From Vicugna vicugna (lineage: Eukaryota): a DNA stretch of 64,000 bases. The notes beneath the pieces were generated by a model, which was not told the DNA's origin, did no database searches, and saw only the letters and a program-made list of their open reading frames with translations. The stretch spans positions 3,783,050 through 3,847,049 of the forward strand of contig MU058781.1 in the NCBI GenBank assembly GCA_013265495.1, given 5' to 3'. Positions 39,401 to 50,420 of the stretch are shown piece by piece. The position numbers and the translations under genes are program-made. Each line of letters starts with the position of its first letter. Within the stretch, counting starts at the first letter, position 1.

Positions 39401-39509
39401 GTCAAAAGATTATCTGTAGACTTAGAAGTCAGAGCGGTGTGAGAAATTAGATAAGGTCATAAGAAGTCATGATCTGTAGTGTTTTTCTGCAGCAATGAGA
39501 GAGGATTAC

Positions 39510-39629
39510 CATTTTCTTCGAGTAAACACACGAAGGCGTGGGTGTCAAAGTAGAGCTTCCTACACCCGGAAGAGGCGAAGTCCCTCCTTTTGCTCTCCAG
39601 CTGCAGGTTCCCAGCGCAGAGGCTCAGCT
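39510..39629 (-). CDS. MCUR1: MCUR1 coding exon 2 (120 nt; ELSLCAGNLQLESKRRDFASSGCRKLYFDTHAFVCLLEEN)
   Basis: Acceptor tttcaccctag, donor G|gtaatc. Contains the FDTH motif of the CCDC90/DUF1640 head region. Phase 1-1. Confidence 0.97.
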
Positions 39630-39706
39630 CTAGGGTGAAAAGACAATCTGGTAAACAAAAGTAACTCAGCACCAGGAAATAGTAAAGTATACCTCAAAAA
39701 TTGGTC

Positions 39707-42650
39707 TTTTTTTTTTTTTAAACAACAGCTTTATTGAGATACAACTCCCACACATACAATTCACCCATTGCAAATGTATATTTCCATTGTTTTCAGTATA
39801 TTACAGAGTTGTGCAACCAACCCACTATCAACTTGAGAACATTTTCATTATCCAAAAGGGACCCTCCACCCTCCAGTGATTGCGCCCCAATCTCCTTACT
39901 CCCCCAGGCAATCACCTATCTCTTTTCCGTCTCTATGAATTTGCCTACTAGGAACACGTCATGTGAACAGACTCATTGGGTATGTGTTTTCCGGTGATCG
40001 GTTTCTTTCAAGTAGAGTGTTATTTTCAAGGTTCACCCACCTTGTAGTACTTAATACCTTACTTCCTTTTATTGCCTAATAATATTTCGTTGTATAGACC
40101 AATTTTTTTTTCACCTTGTCATCAGTTGAAGAACTAACCATAGGAGGGTTCCAATTTCTCCACCTGCTCAGCATTGTCAGTATCTGTCTTTTTTATTATA
40201 ACTATTCTAGTGGGTATAAAGTGGTCTCACTGTGTTTTGTTCTGAGTTTCCTTGATGGCTAATGATGCTGACCATGTGCTTATTGACCATCTGTATATCT
40301 TCTTTGGAAACATCCATTCAGACTCTTTGCCCATTTAAAAAAAAAGGGTCATCTTTTTATTACCTAATTGAGAGTTCTTTATATATTTTAGATACACATT
40401 CCTTATCATGTATCTGACTTGCAAATATTCTCAGTCTGTGGGTTGGCTTCTGTCTTCTAGATGGCACCTTCTGAAGCACAAAATTTTTTAATTTTAAAAA
40501 CTATCTTTTGTCCCTTGTGCTTTTGGGGTCGTATCTAAGAAACCATTGGCTAATTCAAGCCCACATAGATTTACATTTGTTTTCTCCCCTAAGTTCTGCA
40601 GTTTTAGCTCTTACCTTTAGGTCTTTAATCCATTTACTTTTTGTTTATGGTGTGAGATGGGGCTTCAACTTCACTCTTCTGCACGTGGATGTCTAGCTGT
40701 CCTGGCACCATCTTCTCCCTTAAATTGTCTTGTGACTCTCGTCAAAAAATCAACTGACCATAAATGCAAGGATTTATCTCTGAGTTCTTCATCCTATTCC
40801 GTATGCCTGTCCTCAGGCCGGTGCCCCATTTTCTCGATTATCAGTAGCTCTGCAGTAAGTTCTGATGTCAGGAAGTGAGCCCTCCAACTCTGTTCTTTTT
40901 CAAGATTGTTTTGGCTCTTCTGAGTCCCTTGCATTTCCATATGAATTTAGGATCAGTTTATCAATTTCTGCAAAGAAACCACTTGAAACTTTGATAGAGG
41001 TCGTGTTAAAATCTACAGGTTAATTTGGGGAAGTACTGCTACCTTAACAATATTAAACTCTTCCAACCCACGTGCATGGGATGTCTCTCCATTTATTTAG
41101 GTCTTTAATTTCTTTAATAATTATGTGGGTTTCACAGTATAACTTTAGTGCTTTTTTTGGTTAAATTGAAGTATTTTATTCCTTTTGATCCTACTATAAA
41201 GGAAATTATTTTTTATACTTTTCAGACTGCTAGTTCACTGCTAGTGCACAGAAATACAACCAATTTTTGTTTCTGTACAATTTGTATCTTGATCTTGGAT
41301 CCTGTAATCTTGCTCCATTTGTTTTCTAGCTTTCATAGTTCTTAGTGAATTCCTTAGAGTTTTCTATGTACAAGGTCATGTCGTCTGTGAACAGTAATAA
41401 TTTACTTCTTCTTACAACCTGGATGAGTTTTCACTTTCTTGCCTAACTGTCCTGGCTAGAACTTCTAGCACAACGTTGTACTGAATGGTGAGAGCAGACA
41501 TCCTTGCTCCTGACCTTGGGACGCAAGCACTCCTTCTTTTACCATCAAGTACAATGTTAGCTGCGGGTGTTTTGGATGCCTTTTATCAGGTGTGGCTGTT
41601 TCCTTCTGTTCCAAATTTGTCAAGTGTCTTTTAACATGAAGGGGTGTGGAATTTCATCAAAGTCTTTTTCTTTGTCTTTTGGAATTTTATCAAATTCTTC
41701 TTCTTTCTCTTCTTTTGAGATGATCATGTGGTTTCCATCCTTTATGTTGTTAATATGGCACACAGCACTGAACTGATCTTCAGATGCTAAGTGAACCTGC
41801 TGTTCCTGAGACGAAATCCCGTTTGGCCATGGCGGATCCTCTTTTTTTACATATTGCTGGATTCGGTTTGCTTGGTCAGGGTGCACAATGCTATTTCTAT
41901 AACCAACACATTATTTTTCTATTCCCTCTGTGCAAAGGGAATCTAGCTTGTCCTTTTCAGCCAACTTGCCCTTGGGGCAGGAGGGAGGGAGGAGGCCACC
42001 TCTGGAGGGTCCATCTGATGGGGCCAAACCAGAAGAGGCAGGTCAACTGAGATGAGGCCCCGCAGAGGAATCCCAGGCCCTGGATGCTCACTTCCACTCC
42101 CTGGCACATTACAGCTTCCCAGCCTTTTCTCATCGCCTTGCCTTTCAGTGTCTCTGCTGGTTCAAACCCTGTTCGCCCTGCAAAGTTGGTCAGCACTGAC
42201 CTTCTCCAAAAAGCCTGTCACTCTTCCTCTCCCTTTCCCATTTTGTCGTCACACTGGTAAGGCATGGAGGGGTGAAGGTGGGCAAATCATTAACCCCTCC
42301 TTTTCCTGTTTTCCTTATCTGAGGATCATCACAGAGTCTAAGTTCCCATCTGATCTGATGTTTAATGACCCTTTAAGAAGCAGGGGGCGAAAGAACAGAA
42401 ACAGAAGTGTGTACAGCCAGAGTGTCAGTGCCCGTGTACAAGCTTATGCTCTGAAGGTCCTTCAGTCGTGTGTCTCGGATGGCGTCGCGTCCCTGAATGC
42501 CCACTGACGAATCACTGTGTAAATCTCTTCACGGGGGTCTACCTGGGACCCACAGCCCTCCCGAGCACCTAAGGTGGAGCGAGCCCTCTCGGAGCTCTTA
42601 CTAGTATTTTCCTAGGAGATACTGGCCTGTAGTTTTCTTTCCCTGTCTCT
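39707..42650 (-). mobile_element. L1 (L1MB-like; 3' UTR and decayed ORF2), split by an insert at 41873-42597
   Basis: Poly-T head, then continuous L1 3'-UTR/ORF2 antisense motifs to tggattcggtttgct. L1 resumes at ctagtatttt...tggcctgtagttttcttt. Confidence 0.85.
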
Positions 42651-44147
42651 GCAAAAGCCTACCTTTATGTAGGCTTTTTGTATTTATGTAGAAATAGAAT
42701 AGTATTTATGTATTACCTTTTCTATGAATTTCTGTGCATCTAACCAGAGATCCAACCCATTGTGTAAACTTGTCAAAGGGCTCATTTGAAGTATTTTATT
42801 CCTTTAGTAATGGTTTCCTGGCTTTTGTGGTCCACAAACCACAAAGAGAGTTAAAAAAAAAATGAAACAACTGCAATGCGAATATGGAATTCTGTCAGGA
42901 AAGGACATTTAAACATAATAGCTCCTTACCCTTACACACTAAAAGAGACATTTTGGACTCAAAAGAAAAAAAAAAAGAGATGGACAATATAAAATAAAAA
43001 CCCTTCACTTAATTGTAATAAAAACAGCTATACAGAAGTCTTGCTACATCTCTGTCCCTGCTTTTCTACGATGCCAGGTGTTGTGGCAGAAGAGGGAAAT
43101 GTCATCTACTAACTCCAAGTTCAAAGGTGTTCCCAGCAGCTCTCCTCAATGACCAGAAAGATACTTTAGCTAATCAACTCTTAGTCTCAGTCCTTCACCC
43201 CTAAACACTCAAAGGAAACTGCAAGTAAGCAAAAGTGTGACATGATGCTGCTCTGTGAGCCCACAGCAGTGGTTCCCAAATTACTGGCAACCTGGAAAGG
43301 GTCTGTGACTGTGGTCACAGCAACAAGATAAGCTTAAGAGATCCAATAACCACTTTGTACCCAGCATTGTTTGTAGACTGACAAAATAAAAAAATGCAAC
43401 AATTATACTATGTATATGTGTGGTCACCAGTTAAAAAAAAAAAGGCCCTCAGATTCAAAGAGCCACTAGCTTAGAGCACAAGGCCCTTGGCAAGGCATGC
43501 AAAGCCTGTTCTAATTCAGCCCACTTAACCCTTCCAGCTTTCTTTCTATCCACCTAAGCTACTGTTTCCTGCACTTTCGTACCTTGATACTCCATTCTTA
43601 AACCTGGCTTGCTCCACTTTCTCAACTGACCAATTTTAAGCATCCTTAAATCTTCATCTAATGTGACAATGTGCTAAGTAAGCACCCATTATGTTCAGGG
43701 CCAGGCACTGTGCTATTCTGTAAGGTTCTCACTGCTGCCTCCACCCAGGTCAACGAGTGGCCTTTACTGTTCCCTCATCTGTGTTCTCAGCCCAGGACAG
43801 ATAACTCTAGTACAGCACTATTTTTCATATCTGTATATTAGTCCAAGCTACCTAAGAGCAGCCAGTCTTTGTCATTTTTGTTAGCATCTGCCAGAGGGCC
43901 TGGCATACTGCAGGCCAGAAATAACTTTTAAAAAAGAAATTCAACGGTATGGCCTCTAGGATCAGCATCATGAGACTACCTAGAAAGAAAATTTGAAATC
44001 AATTCCTTTCTCTTCTTCAACTCCAGTCTCCCGTTTCACACAAATGAGCTCACTTAAATCTGGTACCTCTTTTTTCACCCTTTATCTCTGGTCCTGGAAC
44101 AAAAATTAGCCTCCACGGGAAAAGACCATGACACAGAACAGACCTAG

Positions 44148-44216
44148 CCTGAGACCCAGTGGTGGGTGACCTGAGACCCAGTGGTGGGTGAATGAATGAA
44201 TGAATGAATGAATGAA
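44148..44216. repeat. Perfect 22-bp tandem duplication followed by (TGAA)n
   Basis: CCTGAGACCCAGTGGTGGGTGA at 44148-44169 and 44170-44191, then an L2-type (TGAA)n tail. Confidence 0.92.
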
Positions 44217-46256
44217 AGCATCTCTCAAGGGGCTCTTCACAGGTTACCCCACCCATCTCAGAACCATGCCAGCCTGTCCCATGGGTCAGGGAGCTCAAAA
44301 CACTTAAGTCTAGAACTGGCTTGTGGAAAGGGATGGGATTATTTGCGTCCCAAATTCCTTTCTTTTCCTCTTTAAAAAATTTTAATAGAACTGTTTTATA
44401 TTCACAGCAAAACTGAATGGAAGGTACAGAGATATCCCGTATCTCCCCTGACCCTCAAATGCACAGCCTCCCCCGTTATCAACATTCCCCACCAAAGTGG
44501 TCCAAATTCCTTTTTTTCTAATAGCAAAATAATCATTTGTGAGTTAAAACAAAACACCCCCCTTATACACACACAAACCAAAAAACTATCACTTTTACGT
44601 TCTAAGCAAAAGCTAATTCTAATTTAGATACTGCAGATTTTTTTCTTTTCCAAAAACTGGAATTTATTTCAATTGCAAGTACATCTCAAAGAAATACTGC
44701 TACCTGAAAAGTGGAGAAAAGGGCTAGCCACCTGCTACTTGGCCCTCCGACCCCTGCGGATGGAAGGTGAAAGCCATCTCCCTTCCATAAAAGGGCAGCG
44801 CCCAAGGACACAGTTCTCCGGCCTTCGGAGCACTCCTGACTCACTCTTCCTCCTTTATTGTGACAACCAGTAACTATGGTCCAAGAACTACGAATTCCCA
44901 CGAATAACCAGGAAACAAGTAAACTCAGCTATGTTACAGTGTAATATGTAATTCCTCTTGGAGGGGGAACTTCAGCCTATCAAAAGGATATTAAAACACA
45001 CAAAAGAAGCCCAAAGTTAGCCGTGGACAGAGGACAACCCAGCACAAACTTCCTAGCCATACACATCCTTAAGTCTAAGGAGCTCTACTGAGAACCCTGG
45101 GCACCAAACAGGTCACAAGGCTGACGACAAAAGAACAAAACCCTCATTTGCTGATATAATTATGAGAGGAAAATAAATCACAAGTTACCACTTGCCAAAA
45201 AAAAAAAAAAAGAGCAACAAAAGACAAAGTACAGAAATAAAGACTCATAATTACTGCAGGACACTGCAGAGTTCACTCCTCATTCCCCATCCTCCGTATG
45301 TAAGGCTATCTTTACTCTTTTGCTCTGCCAGTTTCTCCCCCAGCCAAAGGTACCCTTAAATTTTAGATGCAAACAACACTTACAAAGCATTGCCCTTGAG
45401 AAAAATATTTTTAAAACAGCCGCCAGTGTGGTTACGGATAGCCATTAATGGGTATGTATAAACTAACCAAAGTTATATTTTTGCCAGGTTTGCTAATTAG
45501 TAAAGATTACCCAAAGTGATTTTTTTATGAACAACTTGGGGCTAGTAAACTGAGCCTGTTTAGACTTTCCTAACCTAATGCACAGCCGTGACTGTCCTCA
45601 CCTCCTTCAAGTATTTAATCAAATGCCACCTTCTCAGTGAAACCTATTTTGATGACTCTATTTATATTAGTAACTGGAGACCCAGACTACTTCCTAACCC
45701 TTACCCCCTCTATTTTTTCCCACATTTATCAGATTATGTACATATATAATATAGGTATACATGAATGATACACACACACCCTCATCTCCTCTGCCAGAAT
45801 GAAGCTCCAAGGAAGAGATTTTGACTGATACATTCCGAGTAGCTAGAAAAGTGTCAGGCACGGATGAGGTGCCAGTGCTTGATGAATGAATTAATGAACC
45901 TGTGAGAGTTTGAAATTAAATGGTACAACAATCCTTCCATTTCTTAAAGCTTCGACTCTCAAACCCGCAAGCCTCCTGCACATCCCGTCACCCGGGTCGC
46001 GACACGTCGTGCACCGGACAAACAGAAATCTGCCAGCGGGCGCCACGCGGCAGCTCCACCACCGCGCGTGGGCGCCTCCCGCATCCCATTAAAATCTGCG
46101 CCGTACACTCCGAATAATTCGGATCCACTCAGCTGACCAAGCGCAGGCCAACGCGGACCAGAAGGGCGGGACCAGACAGACCGTCGTCCCTACGCTCGGG
46201 AAGAACCCGGCGACCTAGGCTGACCCGCCCTCCCGCCGCCCCGGTCCAGCCCTCAC

Positions 46257-46662
46257 CTCTCCTCGAGGAAGCGAGCGCGGCCGCTCGGCCGAGGCACAGG
46301 GGGAGCGCGCCCGGCGGGCATCTCCACGCGCCGCCGCCGCCGCGCCCGGCCGGGGCAGCCGAACGCCCCGCGCGCGAGCGCTCCCAGTCGGCCAGAGGCC
46401 TGCGCGGGGCGGCGGCGGCCAGGCGCGGGGAGGGCACGAGCAGGAGGAGGAGCAGCGGGGAGGCACGTGACGCGCCGCCGCGAGCGGCCGGGGCGCGGGA
46501 GCTCAGCGCCCCCAGACCCACCGGGAGCGCGGGCAGGAGGCGGCGCGCGGGGACGCCGCGGCCGCCTGGGCTTCCGCCGCGGCCGGCGGCCAGGAAGAGC
46601 AGAAGCCGTCGGCGCCCGGGCGAGCGCTTCGGTCTCTCGCCCGCGATGGAGCCGCAGTCCAT
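46257..46662 (-). CDS. MCUR1: MCUR1 coding exon 1 (406 nt; MDCGSIAGERPKRSPG...SPLLLLLLVPSPRLAAAAPRR...ASSRR)
   Basis: Translation matches the recalled human MCUR1 N-terminus (MDCGS...RAPAARGG.SRASPLLLLLLVPSPRLAAAAPRR.L.DWERSR). Strong Kozak GGGATGG. Donor AG|GTGAGG at 46256, phase 1. Lies in a CpG island. Confidence 0.95.
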
Positions 46663-46777
46663 CCCCGACGCGGTCACTGATCCGGGCGCGCGCTCATGCC
46701 GGTCACGAGCGGTTGCGGCCGGACACGGACGGCAGGAGTGAACGTGGGCCGCGCGCCGAGCCCGCCCTTTCCTGCCG

Positions 46778-46858
46778 GGCGGGGCTCCTGGAGGCGGGGC
46801 TCCTGGAGGCGGGGCTCCTGGAGGCGGGGCTCCTGGAGGCGGGGCTCCTGGAGGCGGG
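46778..46858. repeat. 15-bp tandem repeat (GGCGGGGCTCCTGGA) x5.4
   Basis: Five exact copies starting at 46778, 46793, 46808, 46823 and 46838, plus a partial GGCGGG. Confidence 0.97.
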
Positions 46859-47659
46859 TCCGGAGTCCGCGAAGAGAGGAGTCCCGTCCCGCAGTAGGCC
46901 CCGCCCTCCTCGTGTAAGAGATCTGGAGGACCAAGAGATGGCTGCGGGCCTTCCTGGAACTGGAATGAGTTCGGTGCCCTCAAGATTTGCATATTCATTA
47001 CACTATGTCCTTATAAAGACATTAACTACCTTGACGCCCTCAAGAATCCCAAGAAAAGTGCATGCACCACCGGGCTGCTGTAGGTTTTACTATTACAGTC
47101 CGAAGTCCCCCAGTGTGGCCCCTGGGGTGCATTTTAAGGAATTATTAATAGAACCAAGGGGACAGCGCTTACATAGTCAACATATTTAAAGCTAAACTTT
47201 TAGAGATTTTGTTTCCGGATTAGTGCAACATAAAAATGAGAAAGTCTCAATCTGGGATTTAATACGTGGGGGCTTGAATGTTACATAAGACCTACTGGTA
47301 TAAAAGGATATCTGATACTAGTGGCGTTCAGTTCAGTGAACTTTTTGAATGCCTATTGCACCTGTCTCAGTTACTGGTCCATTGTGGGAACTCAGTAGTG
47401 TTCCTTGAATGACTGAATGAAATGTACGAGGCACCAGGCTAGGAGATACAAGGAAAAATGAGATACAAAAAAAGTCCTTGTTCTCTAGGAGTTGTTTTCT
47501 TATACACCCATATGTGTACAATACATGCCGAAGAAGAAATGTGTTACAAGCCATAAGAGAGCTACAAAGTGCTGGTAAGAGAGAAGAGAGGGCACCTGGT
47601 TGTGGAAGTGATGTAAGTGACTTTTGAAAGATAAAGAATTAAAAATACTAAGTTCCCTG

Positions 47660-48555
47660 TTATGTTTTAGAATGTTTCTTAATTCACTAAGATAGATCAT
47701 ACACTGAGACCATAAAACAAATAATACATTTCAAAAGACTGAAATCAGATATACTCTGGTCAAGTTAGAAATAAAATGTCAGGGGAATAAATCAAATATT
47801 TGGAAATTTAAAAATATCCTTCTAAATAACCCATGGGTCAAAGGACACATGGGAAATCAGAACTTTTAAACTGAATGATAAAAGTATATCTTTCAAAAAA
47901 TTTTAAAAAATTCTAAGGTGCAAATACACGTTTTCATTAAAGGTTAGTAGGAGTTATACATTTGTAGAACTGGTAGGTAAAGCATTTTAGCAATATGTAT
48001 CAACAGCATTTTATGTTCATAAAGTTTGCTCAAGTCACCACCTCTGAAAACTTAACCTAAAGGAATAAATCCAGAATCTTAAAAATCTATAGGATTGGAC
48101 TATATGAACTTGTCACTTTTATAGGTCAAAATATTTAAGACTGGTAATTTCATTTGGATCAACCTGATATATGCATAAGGATATTCATTGTATCATAATT
48201 TATACTTGTGAAAAAAAATGGAAGAAACTAAAGTCCAATATTAGAGGAATGGTTAAATAAGCTATGGCACAAACTTTATTTAATGAAAGCCCTTTGTAAT
48301 TTTTTGAGGTTGAGGTATAATTTGCACATAATAAACATTCACAGTTCTTACTTCAATTTGATGATTTTCAACAATTGTATACCGCACATAACTACCACCC
48401 AAACAAGACATAGAATATGTCCATCGCTCCAAAAAAGTTCCTTTGTGCCCCTTTCCAGTTTCTTAGATAACCCCTCTCCTTCCCAAGAGACCTCTATTTT
48501 CTAATTTCAGTGACCAAAGATTAGTTTCGTCTGTTCTTGAATTTCATATAAAGGG
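47660..48555. mobile_element. Cluster of old L1 fragments (plus-strand ORF2/3' pieces and a minus-strand 3' end)
   Basis: cttctaaataacccatgggtcaaag (ORF2), gaatggttaaataagctatgg, and gtctgttcttgaatttcatataaa motifs. Confidence 0.7.
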
Positions 48556-49044
48556 GAAACGACTTCAAATGGCATTGCCATTAAGTTTTCCCGCCATTCT
48601 CCACTAGAGGGAGTTTCTCTCTTTTTCAGCAAGTCCTGCCCCTACTGTGTTCACTTCCACCAACCTTCCTCCCGTACCCGCCTTCTTTCTTCCAGAAGAA
48701 AGCACCTCGAGAATTTCTTGAGACTTCATCGTGTATTTGGTCTAAACATTTTCCATATAGATTCTGCCCAGGCAACATTGCGTTTCAAAACCAGATGGGT
48801 CCCTTTGGGGGTTTTCCAAAAGGTTAAACTGCTCAAATTTCCATGAGCTCTTTACGGTAACACCATTTCATTTGGTTATGCTAGTCTTGTTTATGGAGGG
48901 ACAGCTTTGTTTATGGTGTTAAGTCTCATTAGGAGACAAGCTCTGTTGTATTAATAGTTCTCAGATAACAGACAGGCTTTTGTTCTGGAATTCTGTCTAC
49001 ATTCCGAAAGTAAAGATCGAATGGCTATTGGTATTTGCAAAATA

Positions 49045-49255
49045 TCACAGTGGTTAAGAGCATGAGTGCCCCACTGAGATTTACTATGTGTCCTTAGATG
49101 AATTTCTTTCTCTCTCACACTGAATCATCCCATTATTAAAGAGAATTCTGGCATAATAATACCATCTACCTCTTAGGTGAGAATTAAAATGAGATCATAA
49201 ATGATCAAGACTTACTACTATGCATGGTCTATAGTATGTGATCAATAAATGGTAT
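49045..49255 (+). mobile_element. MIR SINE
   Basis: agtggttaagagcatg...ataataccatctacctc...gaattaaaatgagat...tcaataaatggta. Confidence 0.75.
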
Positions 49256-49339
49256 CTATTTTGTTTATTAATACCATATAAGAGTGCAAGGAACCTGAGT
49301 TAATAAGAGATTTATAGCTCTGTTGTAATGGAGTGTATC

Positions 49340-50420
49340 TTTTATAAATGCTCCTGGTTGCAGATAACAGAAAGCTTGACCTATGGTAGCTCAAACAATT
49401 AGGAGTTTATTTAACTTATAGAATACAATTGGAGATGGCAATCTGAGGCTGATTCGGTGTTCAGCAAAGCCAGGAAGGACCCAGACTCCTTCGGTCTTCC
49501 TACTCTGCCCTGCTCATTTGTTAGCAGATAATGAGACCCCTGAATTGGAAAGCCCACCAAACATGCAGGCAACCCCGCCACCCTCAGATGTGTAGGTTCT
49601 TGCTCACCAACTGAGAACAAATTCTCAACAGAGGCAGAGGCACAAAGTGAAAAAGGAAGCTGCTTTATTACCCAGGGAGAGAAGAGACAGACAGACAAAC
49701 AAACAAACACTGGAGCGGGGAGCTGTCAGCTGGGTAGCTAGTTGAGACAGCTCCAGCCCTGATTGGGCCATGGGGTCTTTTATTGAAAGGCCCTCCCATT
49801 GTTATTATTATTCTGATGGTGCCAAATTATGGGCTCTTTCCTCCCGTGGAGCTCAACCCTTAAACAGAAATTTCGGTAGGAGGAAGAGAACAAAGAGATA
49901 CTGGAGTATGTCCTTGAGATCAATGCAGCAGTTGTGGGACATAAAATATCTTGTATGGCTATGTCCTTGGAATTAAGATGCCAGCTGTGGGACAGAAAAA
50001 TGTGGCTGTTTGTGTGGCTATGTGGAACCAAGAAGCCAGCTGTGGGATAAGAGAAAAAACCTGTTTTTTATAGCCTGGCACTTTCTTTCCCTCGTTGTTA
50101 ATCAGCCAGGGTCAGTAAGCCTGCCTAATCACCTCTTTGAATGAAGGATCCAGACTCCTTTGGTCTTTCTACTCTGCTCTGCTCATTGTGTGGTTTCATT
50201 CTCAGTCTTGTTGGGTTCATGGTCACAAGATGGCTGCTGCACCACTAGGTATCACAACCACATTCCAGGCTGGAAGAATACAAAAGATAAAGGGCCAAAG
50301 ACTTTTTCAAACTAGGACTTGTCTTTTATTTCAGGAATGGATGTTCTCCCCAGGGAATTCAAGCATTTACCTTCTCTGCCTCAACAGAAAAGGCAAAGGT
50401 GGAGAATGGATGTTGATCCA
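49340..50420 (-). mobile_element. MLT1-type LTR, split by a younger LTR
   Basis: ggttgcagataacagaaa start and ggtcacaagatggctgctgcaccactagg motif. Sequence resumes after the insert. Confidence 0.65.
49519..50142 (-). mobile_element. ERV solo-LTR-like insertion (ERV1-type)
   Basis: Minus strand ends in ...AACA at 49519. AATAAA at 49669-49664. Degenerate internal tandem repeats on the U3 side. It interrupts the MLT1. Confidence 0.65.

Larger units (their letters stand above)
45960..46960. promoter_or_regulatory. CpG island / MCUR1 promoter
   Basis: Very high GC and CpG density over exon 1. Multiple GGGCGG boxes. Inr-like TCACTCC on the minus strand at 46741-46735. Confidence 0.9.

Noticed and set aside
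42052..42507. 151-aa ORF inside the unidentified insert
   Set aside because: No recognisable protein family and no poly-A or retrocopy hallmarks. Kept only as part of the insert finding.
42653..42678. 10-bp hairpin followed by a T-run (terminator- or histone-stem-loop-like)
   Set aside because: Does not match the histone stem-loop consensus, and bacterial terminators are irrelevant here. Short and plausibly chance.
46129..46256. C-terminal part of the 289-aa ORF
   Set aside because: Read-through into intron 1 past the GTGAGG donor. MCUR1 similarity continues in exon 2 instead.
46778..46858. CRISPR-like regular repeat
   Set aside because: Head-to-tail repeat with no spacers and no cas genes, in mammalian DNA.
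46467..47189. 240-aa plus-strand ORF with LLEAG repeats
   Set aside because: Antisense shadow of the GC-rich island and the 15-bp repeat. Non-ATG start and no recognisable domain.
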